From: Candidatus Giovannonibacteria bacterium
Lineage (GTDB): Bacteria > Patescibacteriota > Minisyncoccia > UBA11713 > 2-01-FULL-45-33
Length of the DNA stretch: 64,000 nucleotides
Assembly (NCBI GenBank): GCA_016176295.1
Contig: JACOXN010000009.1
Coordinates: 3,798-67,797 of the forward strand
Direction: 5' to 3'
Shown piece by piece: positions 42,353-51,443 of the stretch. The translations under genes were made by a program, and so were the position numbers. The stretch's first letter is position 1. The number at the start of each line of letters is the position of its first letter. Under the pieces are notes generated by a model that made no database searches, had not been told where the DNA came from, and was given only the letters and a program-made list of their open reading frames with translations.

Positions 42353-45274
42353 ATGGCTTTCTATGATCATCAAAAAATCGAGAAGAAATGGCGCAAAGAG
42401 TGGGCCAAAAAGAAACTCTACGGCGCTCCTGACCGGCCCAAGGCCGGCCAGCCTCGGGCTGAAAACTTTTATGCTCTTGTCGAATTCCCTTATCCTTCGG
42501 GCAATCTTCACACTGGCCATTGGTACGCTTTTTCGGTGCCGGATATTTTTGTGCGGTTAAAAAGGATGAAAGGAATGAATGTCATGTTCCCGATGGGGTT
42601 CGATGCTTTCGGACTTCCGGCGGAGAACGCCGCTATCAAAAGAGGGCTTAACCCGAAAAAATGGACTTATGAAAATATCGCCTACATGAAAAAACAGCTG
42701 GATTCCATGGGCGCTTCTTTCGACTGGTCGCGGGAAGTAATAACCGCCGACCCGGAATACTATAAATGGACCCAGTGGATTTTTTTGCAATTTTTAAAGA
42801 ATGGGCTCGCGTATCAGGCGGAAACTGCGGTTAATTGGTGTCCTAAGGACAAAACCGTCCTCGCAAACGAGCAGGTCGTTAATGGCCGCTGCGACAGGTG
42901 CGGGGCGGAAGTGGAGCAGAGAAAAATGAAACAGTGGATGCTTAAGATAACCGACTATGCGGAGAAACTACTTTCCGGTCTGGAAAAACTCGATTGGAAA
43001 GAAGAAATAAAAGAAGCGCAGAGGAATTGGATAGGGAAGAGCGAGGGGGCACTTCTTAAATTTCCAATTTCCAATTCTCAATTTTCAATTGATGTATTTA
43101 CAACCAGACCCGATACGCTTTTTGGAGCTACATATCTTGTGCTCGCGCCGGAGCATGAATTTATAGAAGAGCATAAATTACAGATAACAAATTACAAAGA
43201 AGTAAAAGAATATATAGAAAAAGCTAAAAGAAAAACTCAGCTGGAACGGCAAAAAGGCGAAAAGGAAAAAACCGGCGTGGAATTGAAAGGCATCAAAGCG
43301 ATAAACCCCGCGAATGGCGAGGAAATCCCGATTTGGATTGCGGATTATGTTCTCTCCGGTTACGGCACCGGGGCGATTATGGCCGTTCCGGCGCATGATG
43401 AGCGAGATTTTGAGTTTGCTGAAAAATTTCGCCTGCCGGTAGTAAATGTAATTGAGCCAATCTTTGGCGCACCGCAGGGCGATGAAGTTAAAAAAAAAGC
43501 TGTTATCTCGGCCGTCCGTGACCCAAAAACCGATAAAATTATTGTGCTCAATTGGGGACCGCGCCAATCTAGACACGGAGGGAATATGCTTATTGGAGGG
43601 ACGATGAATGAAGGAGAAGAAATAGAAACGACTGCCCGGCGTGAAATTGCCGAAGAAACCGGATATACGGATCTCAAACTGATAAAAAAGTCGGATGTTA
43701 CCGGTCACGGTTACTTTTATTCCAATACAAAAAATCATAATGTACATGTGGATGCTTATGGATTGTATTTTGAACTCCAGAGCGAAAAAAAACAGAAAAC
43801 TAATCTTGACCACGGAGAAAAAGAAAAATTTTCAGTTGAGTGGCATCCGGTTAGTAATGTTGCCGACATGCTTCACGATGGCATACATGAATATTTTTTC
43901 CGTACTATGGTGTTGGGCGAGATTTGTAAAAAAAATGGTGTTTTGACAAACTCGGGGAAGTTCGACGGAATGGATTCCGGAAGCGCCGGAAAAGCTATAA
44001 TAGAATTCGTCGGAGGCAAAAAAGTTACACAATACAAACTTAGGGACTGGGTGGTCTCCCGCCAGCGCTATTGGGGAGTTCCGATTCCCGTCATACATTG
44101 TTCAAAGTGCGGCGCAGAACCTGTGCCGGACAAGGATCTGCCGATAAAGCTCCCGGATATAAAAGACTATCTTCCGACAGGCGAGGGTAAATCGCCTCTC
44201 GCAAAAGCCGAAAAATGGGTAAAAACAAAATGCCCCTCATGCAAAGGTTCGGCCGAAAGGGAAACCGATACTTTGGATACGTTCGTGGATTCTTCATGGT
44301 ATTTTTTGCGCTACATCGATCCGAAGAACAAAAAGAAATTCGCTGCAGGTGAAAAGATGAAGCTATGGATGCCGGTCGACCTGTATTCCGGGGGCGCAGA
44401 ACACACGACCATGCATCTTCTTTATTCCAGATTCTGGTACAAGGCGATGTTCGATTTAGGCTTACTTGGCGGCGAAGCCGCCAAGTTGGGGGATGAACCT
44501 TTTAAAATGAGAAAAAACCGCGGATTGGTTCTGGGACCCGATGGACAAAAAATGTCTAAATCAAAAGGGAATGTTATCGACCCCGACGAATACGTAAAAA
44601 AACTTGGTTCGGATACCGTGAGGATGTATCTTGCTTTTCTGGGCCCGTATGACCAGGTGGGTTCCTATCCCTGGGACCCGCAGGGTATATTGGGCATCCG
44701 CAGGTTTTTGGACCGGGTTTGGAAAATGGGCGCGTCCTCTTCTAAATTTTCAGTTCTCGCGCCTTCCGTTTCGCTCGAGGACGCGATTATACTGATCAAA
44801 CATTTCCACAAAACCATAAAAAAAGTAGGCGAGGATATCGAGAACTTTCGTTTCAATACGGCAATTTCCGCGCTGATGATATTGTTGAATGAGATGGAAA
44901 AAAGTCAGGTCTCACGGGAAAATTTTGAGACCTTTATAAAACTCTTGGCGCCTTTTGCGCCGCATATGACCGAAGAACTTTGGCATAAGCTGGGGGACAA
45001 GTCGGCCCAAGGCCGACCAGCCTTGGGCTGGAAATCTATTCACTTGGAATCGTGGCCCGAATTCGACCCAAAGCAGCTTGAAGAGGATTTTTTCGAGCTG
45101 ATCGTTCAGATAAACGGCAAATTGCGCGATACTTTCAGGATTAGCCGTGGAATTTCACAAGCGGAAGCGGAGAAATTGACACTCGCTCGTGAAAAAGTTA
45201 AACTGGCACTAGAAAATAAAAAACCGCGGAAAATTATTTATGTGCCGGGAAGGCTCATAAATTTTGTGGTATAG
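42353..45274 (+). CDS. leuS: leucyl-tRNA synthetase carrying an internal Nudix hydrolase domain
   Basis: FPYPSGNLHTGH, AVPAHDERDFEFA, RDWVVSRQRYWGVPIP and KMSKSKGN. The insert is at about aa 370-528 and has a perfect Nudix box GGTMNEGEEIETTARREIAEETGY. Confidence 0.9.
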   Translation: MAFYDHQKIEKKWRKEWAKKKLYGAPDRPKAGQPRAENFYALVEFPYPSGNLHTGHWYAFSVPDIFVRLKRMKGMNVMFPMGFDAFGLPAENAAIKRGLNPKKWTYENIAYMKKQLDSMGASFDWSREVITADPEYYKWTQWIFLQFLKNGLAYQAETAVNWCPKDKTVLANEQVVNGRCDRCGAEVEQRKMKQWMLKITDYAEKLLSGLEKLDWKEEIKEAQRNWIGKSEGALLKFPISNSQFSIDVFTTRPDTLFGATYLVLAPEHEFIEEHKLQITNYKEVKEYIEKAKRKTQLERQKGEKEKTGVELKGIKAINPANGEEIPIWIADYVLSGYGTGAIMAVPAHDERDFEFAEKFRLPVVNVIEPIFGAPQGDEVKKKAVISAVRDPKTDKIIVLNWGPRQSRHGGNMLIGGTMNEGEEIETTARREIAEETGYTDLKLIKKSDVTGHGYFYSNTKNHNVHVDAYGLYFELQSEKKQKTNLDHGEKEKFSVEWHPVSNVADMLHDGIHEYFFRTMVLGEICKKNGVLTNSGKFDGMDSGSAGKAIIEFVGGKKVTQYKLRDWVVSRQRYWGVPIPVIHCSKCGAEPVPDKDLPIKLPDIKDYLPTGEGKSPLAKAEKWVKTKCPSCKGSAERETDTLDTFVDSSWYFLRYIDPKNKKKFAAGEKMKLWMPVDLYSGGAEHTTMHLLYSRFWYKAMFDLGLLGGEAAKLGDEPFKMRKNRGLVLGPDGQKMSKSKGNVIDPDEYVKKLGSDTVRMYLAFLGPYDQVGSYPWDPQGILGIRRFLDRVWKMGASSSKFSVLAPSVSLEDAIILIKHFHKTIKKVGEDIENFRFNTAISALMILLNEMEKSQVSRENFETFIKLLAPFAPHMTEELWHKLGDKSAQGRPALGWKSIHLESWPEFDPKQLEEDFFELIVQINGKLRDTFRISRGISQAEAEKLTLAREKVKLALENKKPRKIIYVPGRLINFVV
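42434..42461 (+). repeat. GC-rich palindromic 28-mer, copy 1, in-frame in the leuS 5' region
   Basis: CGGCCCAAGGCCGGCCAGCCTCGGGCTG, translated as ..RPKAGQPRAE.. Confidence 0.7.
45003..45030 (+). repeat. GC-rich palindromic 28-mer, copy 2, in-frame in the leuS 3' region
   Basis: CGGCCCAAGGCCGACCAGCCTTGGGCTG (26/28 identical to copy 1). It is read in a different frame as ..SAQGRPALGW.., with stem CCCAAGGC/GCCTTGGG. Confidence 0.7.
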
Positions 45275-45283
45275 GAGATTGAA

Positions 45284-45544
45284 ATGAGCGTATGTTGGCT
45301 TCCCTGGGCTTTGATCGTTTTATCCGTTGTTGGCTTGATGTATTTCTTCTTGGATTTGAGGCAAAAAGAAGGATCGGCCAGACGATCTATCACCGAAAAA
45401 GATTTTGCAGAATTGTTGGAAAAGATTCTCCGATGCCCCAGCATGTTTTCCGGCCTGGTAATGTCGGAGAGGAAATACATTGAACCTCAATTACGAGAGG
45501 AAATGATATATATTTTGCTTGAGTATTTCGTTGTAACAAAGTGA
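45284..45544 (+). CDS. small membrane-anchored hypothetical protein (86 aa)
   Basis: AGGAGA RBS and an N-terminal TM helix (WLPWALIVLSVVGLMYFF). Confidence 0.5.
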   Translation: MSVCWLPWALIVLSVVGLMYFFLDLRQKEGSARRSITEKDFAELLEKILRCPSMFSGLVMSERKYIEPQLREEMIYILLEYFVVTK

Positions 45545-45607
45545 GGTTAACCCCTCGCTTTTTTTGTTTTGACGTGCTAGGGTAATGGGAAGTTTTTTGA
45601 AAGGTGA

Positions 45608-46174
45608 ATGATGTTAAAAGTGCCCGAATTGCTGAAGAGCCCGAATTTTTGGTCGGGACTGCGGATATGGGGAACGTTCATTCTCCTGTTCGTCTTGAAA
45701 TACGACCCGGCCGTCGAAGCTTTTGGTTGGAGTGTAATAGGTTTATGGTTTTTCCTTTTTCTGGTTTTCACCGACGGCCTGGACGGCTGGCTCGCGCGTA
45801 AACTGGATAGAGAAAGCCGAATCGGTATCTGGCTTGATCCTCTGGCTGACAAAGTGCTCGTTTTGGCTGTGTTATTCTTTTTTTGGTCCGAAGGTACTGT
45901 GCGCGGGTGGATATTATATCCGCTCGCGCTGCGGGAGATTTTCGTTACCGTAAAAAGATGGGCCTTTTTAAGGCGCGGCTTCAACATGCCTGCGAATAGA
46001 ATGGGGAAATTAAAAGCCAGTGCGGAATATACCGCTGCGGCGCTTTTTATCTTGGGGCGCGTGGAATTCATTATTTTAGGAAATTTAGCGCTCGCCATAT
46101 CTTTATTTCTCGCATTTGCCTCTTTGTTCAAGTTTAGGCCATCAATGAAAGTTAAGGAGAAAAATATCACATGA
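45608..46174 (+). CDS. pgsA: CDP-alcohol phosphatidyltransferase (PgsA-like)
   Basis: DGLDGWLARKLDRESRIGIWLDPLADKV matches D-x2-DG-x2-AR-x8-G-x3-D-x3-D. Confidence 0.85.
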   Translation: MMLKVPELLKSPNFWSGLRIWGTFILLFVLKYDPAVEAFGWSVIGLWFFLFLVFTDGLDGWLARKLDRESRIGIWLDPLADKVLVLAVLFFFWSEGTVRGWILYPLALREIFVTVKRWAFLRRGFNMPANRMGKLKASAEYTAAALFILGRVEFIILGNLALAISLFLAFASLFKFRPSMKVKEKNIT

Positions 46175-47316
46175 TATACAAAGATCCGCTTTACGGCCCG
46201 TGGGTGCTGCCTACCTATCTGAAAGAGCTGCTCCATACCAAAGAAACGTTGAGGACAAGAGGCATCGCCCAGGCGTCTTCTCCTGCGCATCTTTTGACGT
46301 TCGTCGCCCGGAACCGCGTCCAGCATGGGCTTGGAGTTGCGCGGCTTATGGCCGAAGTCGTAAAACACAACCGCTGCGATCTGGACGAAGAGCTGATGGT
46401 TTCGTCGGCGTTTCTCCACGATTTCGGAAATACCCCGTTCTCGCATTTGTGCGAAGATTTCCTGCAGGAAATGATCGGGAAGAACGGCGAGACTTTTCTT
46501 GAAAATATCCTCGACTGTTCGGAGACCGAAAAGGTTTTGGCCGGATTCGGAGTTGCTTCGCGTGATGTCGTTAAGATTGTCGCCGGCCAGGCCAAACCAA
46601 TGTCGGACGTTTTGAACGGCGATATCGACGTCGACAACTTGGATAACATTCTGGGATTCAATAAATTTGCCGCAGTTGAAGCTCCCGCGTATGACGCGCT
46701 CGGAATAGCCGGTTCATTTCGGTTTATGGACGGACATTGGCTGCTTTTGGGAGACTGCTACGCAGATGTCCAAAAGTGGCAGATAGCCCGCAGAGCGGCT
46801 TACATGGATGTCGTTTACAGTTCTCCGCATTATAACGGCATTTCCATGCTCTACAGGGCTGTGGAGCTTGCGCTTTACGAAGGCGAGATATCTCCGGAAT
46901 TTTTCCGCTTCAGCGATATTGAAGCCATTTCTTATCTCATGACTTGCAATCCGCGGACGATTGAACTGGTGGACAAAATGTCCAGATGGAAATGGTATCC
47001 GGAAGTCGCAAGCTGGGAAATAAAAGAGCCGTCCAGGTTCGTTGCGAAGATCGCGGCGTGCACCCATCGGCGGCGCAAGCTCTTGGATGAGATATGCGGA
47101 ACGCTTGGAATTGCACCGGAAAAGATCTGCCTGGCCATGCAAAGAGGCGTCGAGACAAAGCGCATCAAGACACCGTTTTTGGTAGAATGCGGACGAAAGC
47201 TTCAAGGTACTAAATTTGAACGTCCGCCTTTGCGGGTCAGGGTCTTCGTTTCTCCGGAATGGCAATTTAAAAAGCCGGAGATAGAGGCGATTATAAGCAA
47301 TAACTTTCACATCTGA
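46171..47316 (+). CDS. HD-domain phosphohydrolase (COG1078 / SAMHD1-like dNTPase family)
   Basis: YKDPLYGPWVL...RNRVQHGLGVARL...SAFLHDFGNTPFSH. ATGA overlap with pgsA. Confidence 0.7.
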   Translation: MIYKDPLYGPWVLPTYLKELLHTKETLRTRGIAQASSPAHLLTFVARNRVQHGLGVARLMAEVVKHNRCDLDEELMVSSAFLHDFGNTPFSHLCEDFLQEMIGKNGETFLENILDCSETEKVLAGFGVASRDVVKIVAGQAKPMSDVLNGDIDVDNLDNILGFNKFAAVEAPAYDALGIAGSFRFMDGHWLLLGDCYADVQKWQIARRAAYMDVVYSSPHYNGISMLYRAVELALYEGEISPEFFRFSDIEAISYLMTCNPRTIELVDKMSRWKWYPEVASWEIKEPSRFVAKIAACTHRRRKLLDEICGTLGIAPEKICLAMQRGVETKRIKTPFLVECGRKLQGTKFERPPLRVRVFVSPEWQFKKPEIEAIISNNFHI

Positions 47317-47324
47317 ACCGCCCG

Positions 47325-47351
47325 ACCGCGTTACACAAACGCGGTTTTTTT
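47325..47351 (+). terminator. intrinsic terminator
   Basis: ACCGCG-TTACACAAA-CGCGGT followed by a T7 run. Confidence 0.65.
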
Positions 47352-47355
47352 GTTC

Positions 47356-47361
47356 TATAAT
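47356..47361 (+). promoter_or_regulatory. -10 box TATAAT 6 nt upstream of the glmS ATG
   Basis: TATAAT attggt ATG. This leaves no room for a glmS ribozyme. Confidence 0.45.
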
Positions 47362-47367
47362 ATTGGT

Positions 47368-49221
47368 ATGTGCGGAATAGTCGGTTACATAGGAAAACGG
47401 CAGGCCCTTCCCATCGTCATTGAAGGGTTAAAGCGCCTTGAATACAGAGGTTATGACTCTGCGGGAGTGGCTTTGTGGGACGGTAAAAAGCTCCAGGATG
47501 AAAGGGCGGCCGGGAGGATCTCCGTTCTTGAAGGAAATCTCCAAAGGAAATCGTGGGCGGGGAACCTGGCCATTGCGCATACCCGCTGGGCCACTCATGG
47601 TAAACCGTCCGAAGCCAACGCGCATCCGCAGTCCGATTGCACGAAAGGAATAGAAGTCGTGCACAACGGCATAATCGAAAATCACGCTGAGCTCCGGGAG
47701 GCGCTCATCCGCGAAGGGCATAAATTCGTTTCGGATACTGATACTGAGGTCATCTCACATCTCATCGAGCGCGCTTTTTTGGTCAACGCCAAAGAAAAAA
47801 TTTTACTTGAACACGCAGTTTTGGACGGGCTTCGGCACGTTACCGGTACTTTCGGAATTGCCGTTATTTCCAAGCATGACCCGCGCAAACTTGTAGCTGC
47901 GAGGCGAGGTTCTCCCCTGATTCTAGGGATTGGCAAGGACGAATTTATGGTTTCTTCCGACGTTTCGGCGATCGTGGAGCACACTAGAAAGGTGGTCTAT
48001 CTCCACGATGACGAGCTCGCCGTGCTAACACCTCAAGGGTACGAAATTTTAGGTTTTAACAAAAAAACAATTTCCAAGCCTTTAAATACGATTGACTGGG
48101 ACGTGGTTTCGGCACAAAAGGGCGGCTATCCTCACTTTATGAAAAAGGAGATATTTGAGGGGCCGGAAACATTGGAAAACGCTTTCCGGGGGAGATTGCT
48201 TGAAGCCGGAAAAGGGGGCCTTGTGAAATTGGGCGGAATCGAGGAAATAAAAAATAAGCTTTTGACCGTTCGCAGAATACTTGTTGTCGCCTGCGGTACG
48301 TCTTATTACGCGGGGCTCGTGGGAAAATATTTTTTTGAGAATTTTTCCCGAATACCGTGTTCCGTGGAGCATGCATCGGAATTCCGGTATTCAAATCCCG
48401 TCCTTGAGAAAAATACTCTTGTCATCGCAATTTCACAGTCCGGCGAAACCGCCGACACGCTGGAAGCATTACGCGACGCAAAAAAACGCGGTGCGCTCGC
48501 TATCGGTATTGTGAACGTGGTTGGCTCCACCATAGCGCGGGAATCGGATGCCGGAGTTTATAACCATGCGGGGCCGGAGATAGGAGTTGCTTCTACTAAA
48601 GCTTTCCTATCGCAGCTTGGTGTATTGGCGCTTTTGGCCATGCTTTTGGGGAAAGAAAAAGAGGCTGTATCCGAAGTTATGCTGCAGAAGTTTTCGGCGG
48701 AGCTGAAATCCCTGCCGGTCAAAATAAAAAAAATACTAGCCATGGATGAAAAAATAAGAAAACTAGCGGAAAAATATCTTAAATACGATAATTTCCTTTT
48801 TCTCGGGCGCAAATACCAGTACCCCGTGGCGTTGGAAGGAGCCTTAAAATTGAAAGAGATTTCATACAAATACGCCGAAGGGCTGGCTGCGGGGGAGATG
48901 AAGCACGGCCCTATTGCTTTGGTAGACGAAGACATGCCCTGCATAGTGCTCGCTCCAAAGGATAGCGTCTATGAAAAAATGCTTTCCAACATCGAGGAAA
49001 TAAAAGCGCGCGGCGGAAAAATTTTGGCGGTGGCAACGGAAGGCGACGAACGGATAGCGAAGCTGGCCGATGACGTTATCTATATTCCGCACACGATGGA
49101 GGAGGCCGCACCCTTTCTCTCCGTGGTGCCGCTCCAGCTTTTCGCGTATCACACATCCGACCTTCTTGGGCTCGACGTTGATAAGCCCAGGAATCTGGCG
49201 AAGTCGGTAACTGTCGAATAA
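47368..49221 (+). CDS. glmS: glutamine--fructose-6-phosphate aminotransferase
   Basis: MCGIVGYIG N-terminal nucleophile, two SIS domains and the C-terminal KSVTVE. Confidence 0.92.
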   Translation: MCGIVGYIGKRQALPIVIEGLKRLEYRGYDSAGVALWDGKKLQDERAAGRISVLEGNLQRKSWAGNLAIAHTRWATHGKPSEANAHPQSDCTKGIEVVHNGIIENHAELREALIREGHKFVSDTDTEVISHLIERAFLVNAKEKILLEHAVLDGLRHVTGTFGIAVISKHDPRKLVAARRGSPLILGIGKDEFMVSSDVSAIVEHTRKVVYLHDDELAVLTPQGYEILGFNKKTISKPLNTIDWDVVSAQKGGYPHFMKKEIFEGPETLENAFRGRLLEAGKGGLVKLGGIEEIKNKLLTVRRILVVACGTSYYAGLVGKYFFENFSRIPCSVEHASEFRYSNPVLEKNTLVIAISQSGETADTLEALRDAKKRGALAIGIVNVVGSTIARESDAGVYNHAGPEIGVASTKAFLSQLGVLALLAMLLGKEKEAVSEVMLQKFSAELKSLPVKIKKILAMDEKIRKLAEKYLKYDNFLFLGRKYQYPVALEGALKLKEISYKYAEGLAAGEMKHGPIALVDEDMPCIVLAPKDSVYEKMLSNIEEIKARGGKILAVATEGDERIAKLADDVIYIPHTMEEAAPFLSVVPLQLFAYHTSDLLGLDVDKPRNLAKSVTVE

Positions 49222-49222
49222 G

Positions 49223-49750
49223 ATGGATATTTTTGCTCACGCGCTCTGGACGGGCGCGGCATATAAAACTGTTCCTAAAGAAAAATGGAGCGCCAAGAAA
49301 GTCTGGCTTTCGGTTTTTTTTGGCGTGGCTCCGGACCTTTTTTCTTTCGGTATATTATTTGTCAGTTATTTTTTGCAAAAGGGATTGAAGCGTCCGGAAT
49401 TTCTGACTCAGGGGCCGCCGCCGATGAGTCTGATACCGGATTACGTTTCGGTCGCGTATAATTACACTCACAGTTTGATTATTTTCTCGCTGGTTTTTTT
49501 GATAGCATTGATGATTTATAAAAAACCTTTCTGGCCTTTGGCTGCCTGGGGACTCCATATTTTGATAGATATTCCCACTCACACGTCGGCATTTTTCCCG
49601 ACGCCCTTTTTGTGGCCGTTCTCCAGTTTTAAAGTGAGCGGAATCTCCTGGGGGAATCCCTGGTTTATGCTGGTCAATTACTCGGCAATAATTTTGGCCT
49701 ATCTTTTAATTTTCTTGAGAAAAAATAAAAAAAGCGCTACTATGGAATAA
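49223..49750 (+). CDS. polytopic membrane protein, possibly a YdjM/DUF457-like metal-dependent hydrolase
   Basis: 175 aa beginning MDIFAHALW, with HILIDIPTH and 4-5 TM helices. The family call is tentative. Confidence 0.5.
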   Translation: MDIFAHALWTGAAYKTVPKEKWSAKKVWLSVFFGVAPDLFSFGILFVSYFLQKGLKRPEFLTQGPPPMSLIPDYVSVAYNYTHSLIIFSLVFLIALMIYKKPFWPLAAWGLHILIDIPTHTSAFFPTPFLWPFSSFKVSGISWGNPWFMLVNYSAIILAYLLIFLRKNKKSATME

Positions 49751-49753
49751 ATC

Positions 49754-51421
49754 ATGGCAAAACGAACTCAAAAAAAATCGAACCGCAAATATGTTTTTGT
49801 GGTCGGCGGAGTTATGTCCGGAGTAGGAAAAGGCGTGGCCTCTTCCTCTATCGCCAAAATTCTTCAGTCCAGAGGATATGAAGTGACCTCCGTGAAAATC
49901 GACCCTTATGTGAATGTTGACGCGGGGACTATGAATCCCACCGAACATGGGGAGGTTTTTGTGCTTGATGACGGCATGGAGTGCGACCAGGATATGGGAA
50001 ACTACGAAAGATTTTTGAACCGTGATCTTTCGTCCACCAACTATATGACCACTGGGAGTATTTATCAGTCGGTCATAACGAAAGAGCGAAACCTTGAATT
50101 TGAAGGCAAGCAGGTTGAGGTGGTACCGCGTATTCCATTGGAGGTCATCGCCCGGCTCGATAAAGCTGCCTTAAAGAATAAAGCCGAAATAGTGATAACG
50201 GAGATCGGAGGGACAGTCGGCGAATATGAGAACATTTTGTTTCTCGAAGCCGTGAGGATGCTCAAATTAAGAAAGCACGACGATGTTGTTTTGGTGCTGG
50301 TGAGTTTCGTGCCGGCTTTGGGAGCGGGAGGAACAGAACTTAAAACAAAACCCACTCAGCACGCCGTAAGAAGCCTCAATGCCGTCGGCCTCCACCCCGA
50401 CTTTATTCTGGGGAGAGCCCACATTCCGCTCGACAAGAAAAGAAAGGAAAAGCTCGAATTCATGTGCAGTCTGGAAAAAGGAAATGTCATTTCCGCTCCC
50501 AATGTCGATAATATTTACGATGTGCCTATCAATTTTGAAAAAGATGAATTGGGCAACAAAATTTTGTTGAAGTTCGGTTTGAAACCTAAAAAAATAAATA
50601 TGGCTGATTGGCGGGAACTTAGTCTGGCTGTAAAAAGCGCGAGAAAAGAAATAAAAATCGGCATTGTCGGGAAATATTTCGGGTCCGGCGACTTCATGCT
50701 TGCTGATTCGTACATTTCCGTGATTGAGGCCGTAAAGCACGCCGCGTACTCCGAGAAAGTAAAGCCGGTCATAGAATGGCTGGATTCCATTGAATACGAA
50801 AGGCGCCCCGCCAGCGTAAGGGAACTTTCAAAATATAACGGAATAATCGTGCCCGGCGGATTCGGAGAAAGGGGAGTGGAAGGAAAAATTGCCGCTATAA
50901 AATATTGCCGGGAAAACAAGATACCGTACTTCGGCCTTTGCTACGGCATGCAGCTGGCGGTCGTAGAATTCGCGCGCCACGCGGCAAAATTGAAGAACGC
51001 CAACACTGCCGAAATAGATCCGAAATCGCCGCATCCGGTGATAGACATCATGCCTGATCAGAAAAAAAATCTGGAGGCCAAAAATTTCGGAGCAACGATG
51101 CGTTTGGGCGCGTATCCCGCTCTTTTGAAAAAAAACACTATTGCGTTCTCGGCTTACGGATCGGGAAAAATTTCCGAACGGCACCGGCATCGCTATGAAG
51201 TGAATCCGCAATATATTGAAAGGCTGGAGAAAAGCGGGATTATTTTTTCCGGTGCCTCACCCGACGGCAAGCTCATGGAAATAATGGAATTGGATCGCAA
51301 GACCCATCCGTTTTTCGTAGGCACCCAGTTCCATCCCGAATTCAAATCCCGCCCCCTCCATCCGCATCCGCTGTTTAAGGAATTTATTAAAGCTTCAATT
51401 CATCAAAAGCCCGCCAGATAG
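49754..51421 (+). CDS. pyrG: CTP synthase
   Basis: KYVFVVGGVMSGVGKGVASSSIAKIL, GATase Cys in GLCYGMQ and HRHRYEVN. Confidence 0.92.
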   Translation: MAKRTQKKSNRKYVFVVGGVMSGVGKGVASSSIAKILQSRGYEVTSVKIDPYVNVDAGTMNPTEHGEVFVLDDGMECDQDMGNYERFLNRDLSSTNYMTTGSIYQSVITKERNLEFEGKQVEVVPRIPLEVIARLDKAALKNKAEIVITEIGGTVGEYENILFLEAVRMLKLRKHDDVVLVLVSFVPALGAGGTELKTKPTQHAVRSLNAVGLHPDFILGRAHIPLDKKRKEKLEFMCSLEKGNVISAPNVDNIYDVPINFEKDELGNKILLKFGLKPKKINMADWRELSLAVKSARKEIKIGIVGKYFGSGDFMLADSYISVIEAVKHAAYSEKVKPVIEWLDSIEYERRPASVRELSKYNGIIVPGGFGERGVEGKIAAIKYCRENKIPYFGLCYGMQLAVVEFARHAAKLKNANTAEIDPKSPHPVIDIMPDQKKNLEAKNFGATMRLGAYPALLKKNTIAFSAYGSGKISERHRHRYEVNPQYIERLEKSGIIFSGASPDGKLMEIMELDRKTHPFFVGTQFHPEFKSRPLHPHPLFKEFIKASIHQKPAR

Positions 51422-51443
51422 GCGGGCTTTTGAATTATTTTTT

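Noticed and set aside
29207-43936. Inteins as an explanation for the extra segments in ileS and leuS.
   Set aside because: There are no intein splice-junction residues or HNF/endonuclease blocks. Instead the inserts carry complete histidine-phosphatase and Nudix motif sets.
45577-46446. A 289-aa minus-strand ORF antisense to pgsA and the HD gene.
   Set aside because: It is Arg/Lys/Ser-rich and low-complexity, has no start context, and is fully overlapped by two plus-strand genes with clear family motifs.
46171-47316. The HD-domain (SAMHD1-like) protein as an anti-phage dNTPase defence gene.
   Set aside because: It is embedded by ATGA overlap in a housekeeping pgsA-glmS neighbourhood with no other defence-like genes. 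The family is also commonly housekeeping. The evidence is insufficient.
47317-47367. A glmS ribozyme upstream of glmS.
   Set aside because: Only about 50 nt separate the preceding stop from the glmS ATG. A terminator and a -10 box fill that space, which is too short for the ~170-nt ribozyme, and no core motifs are present.
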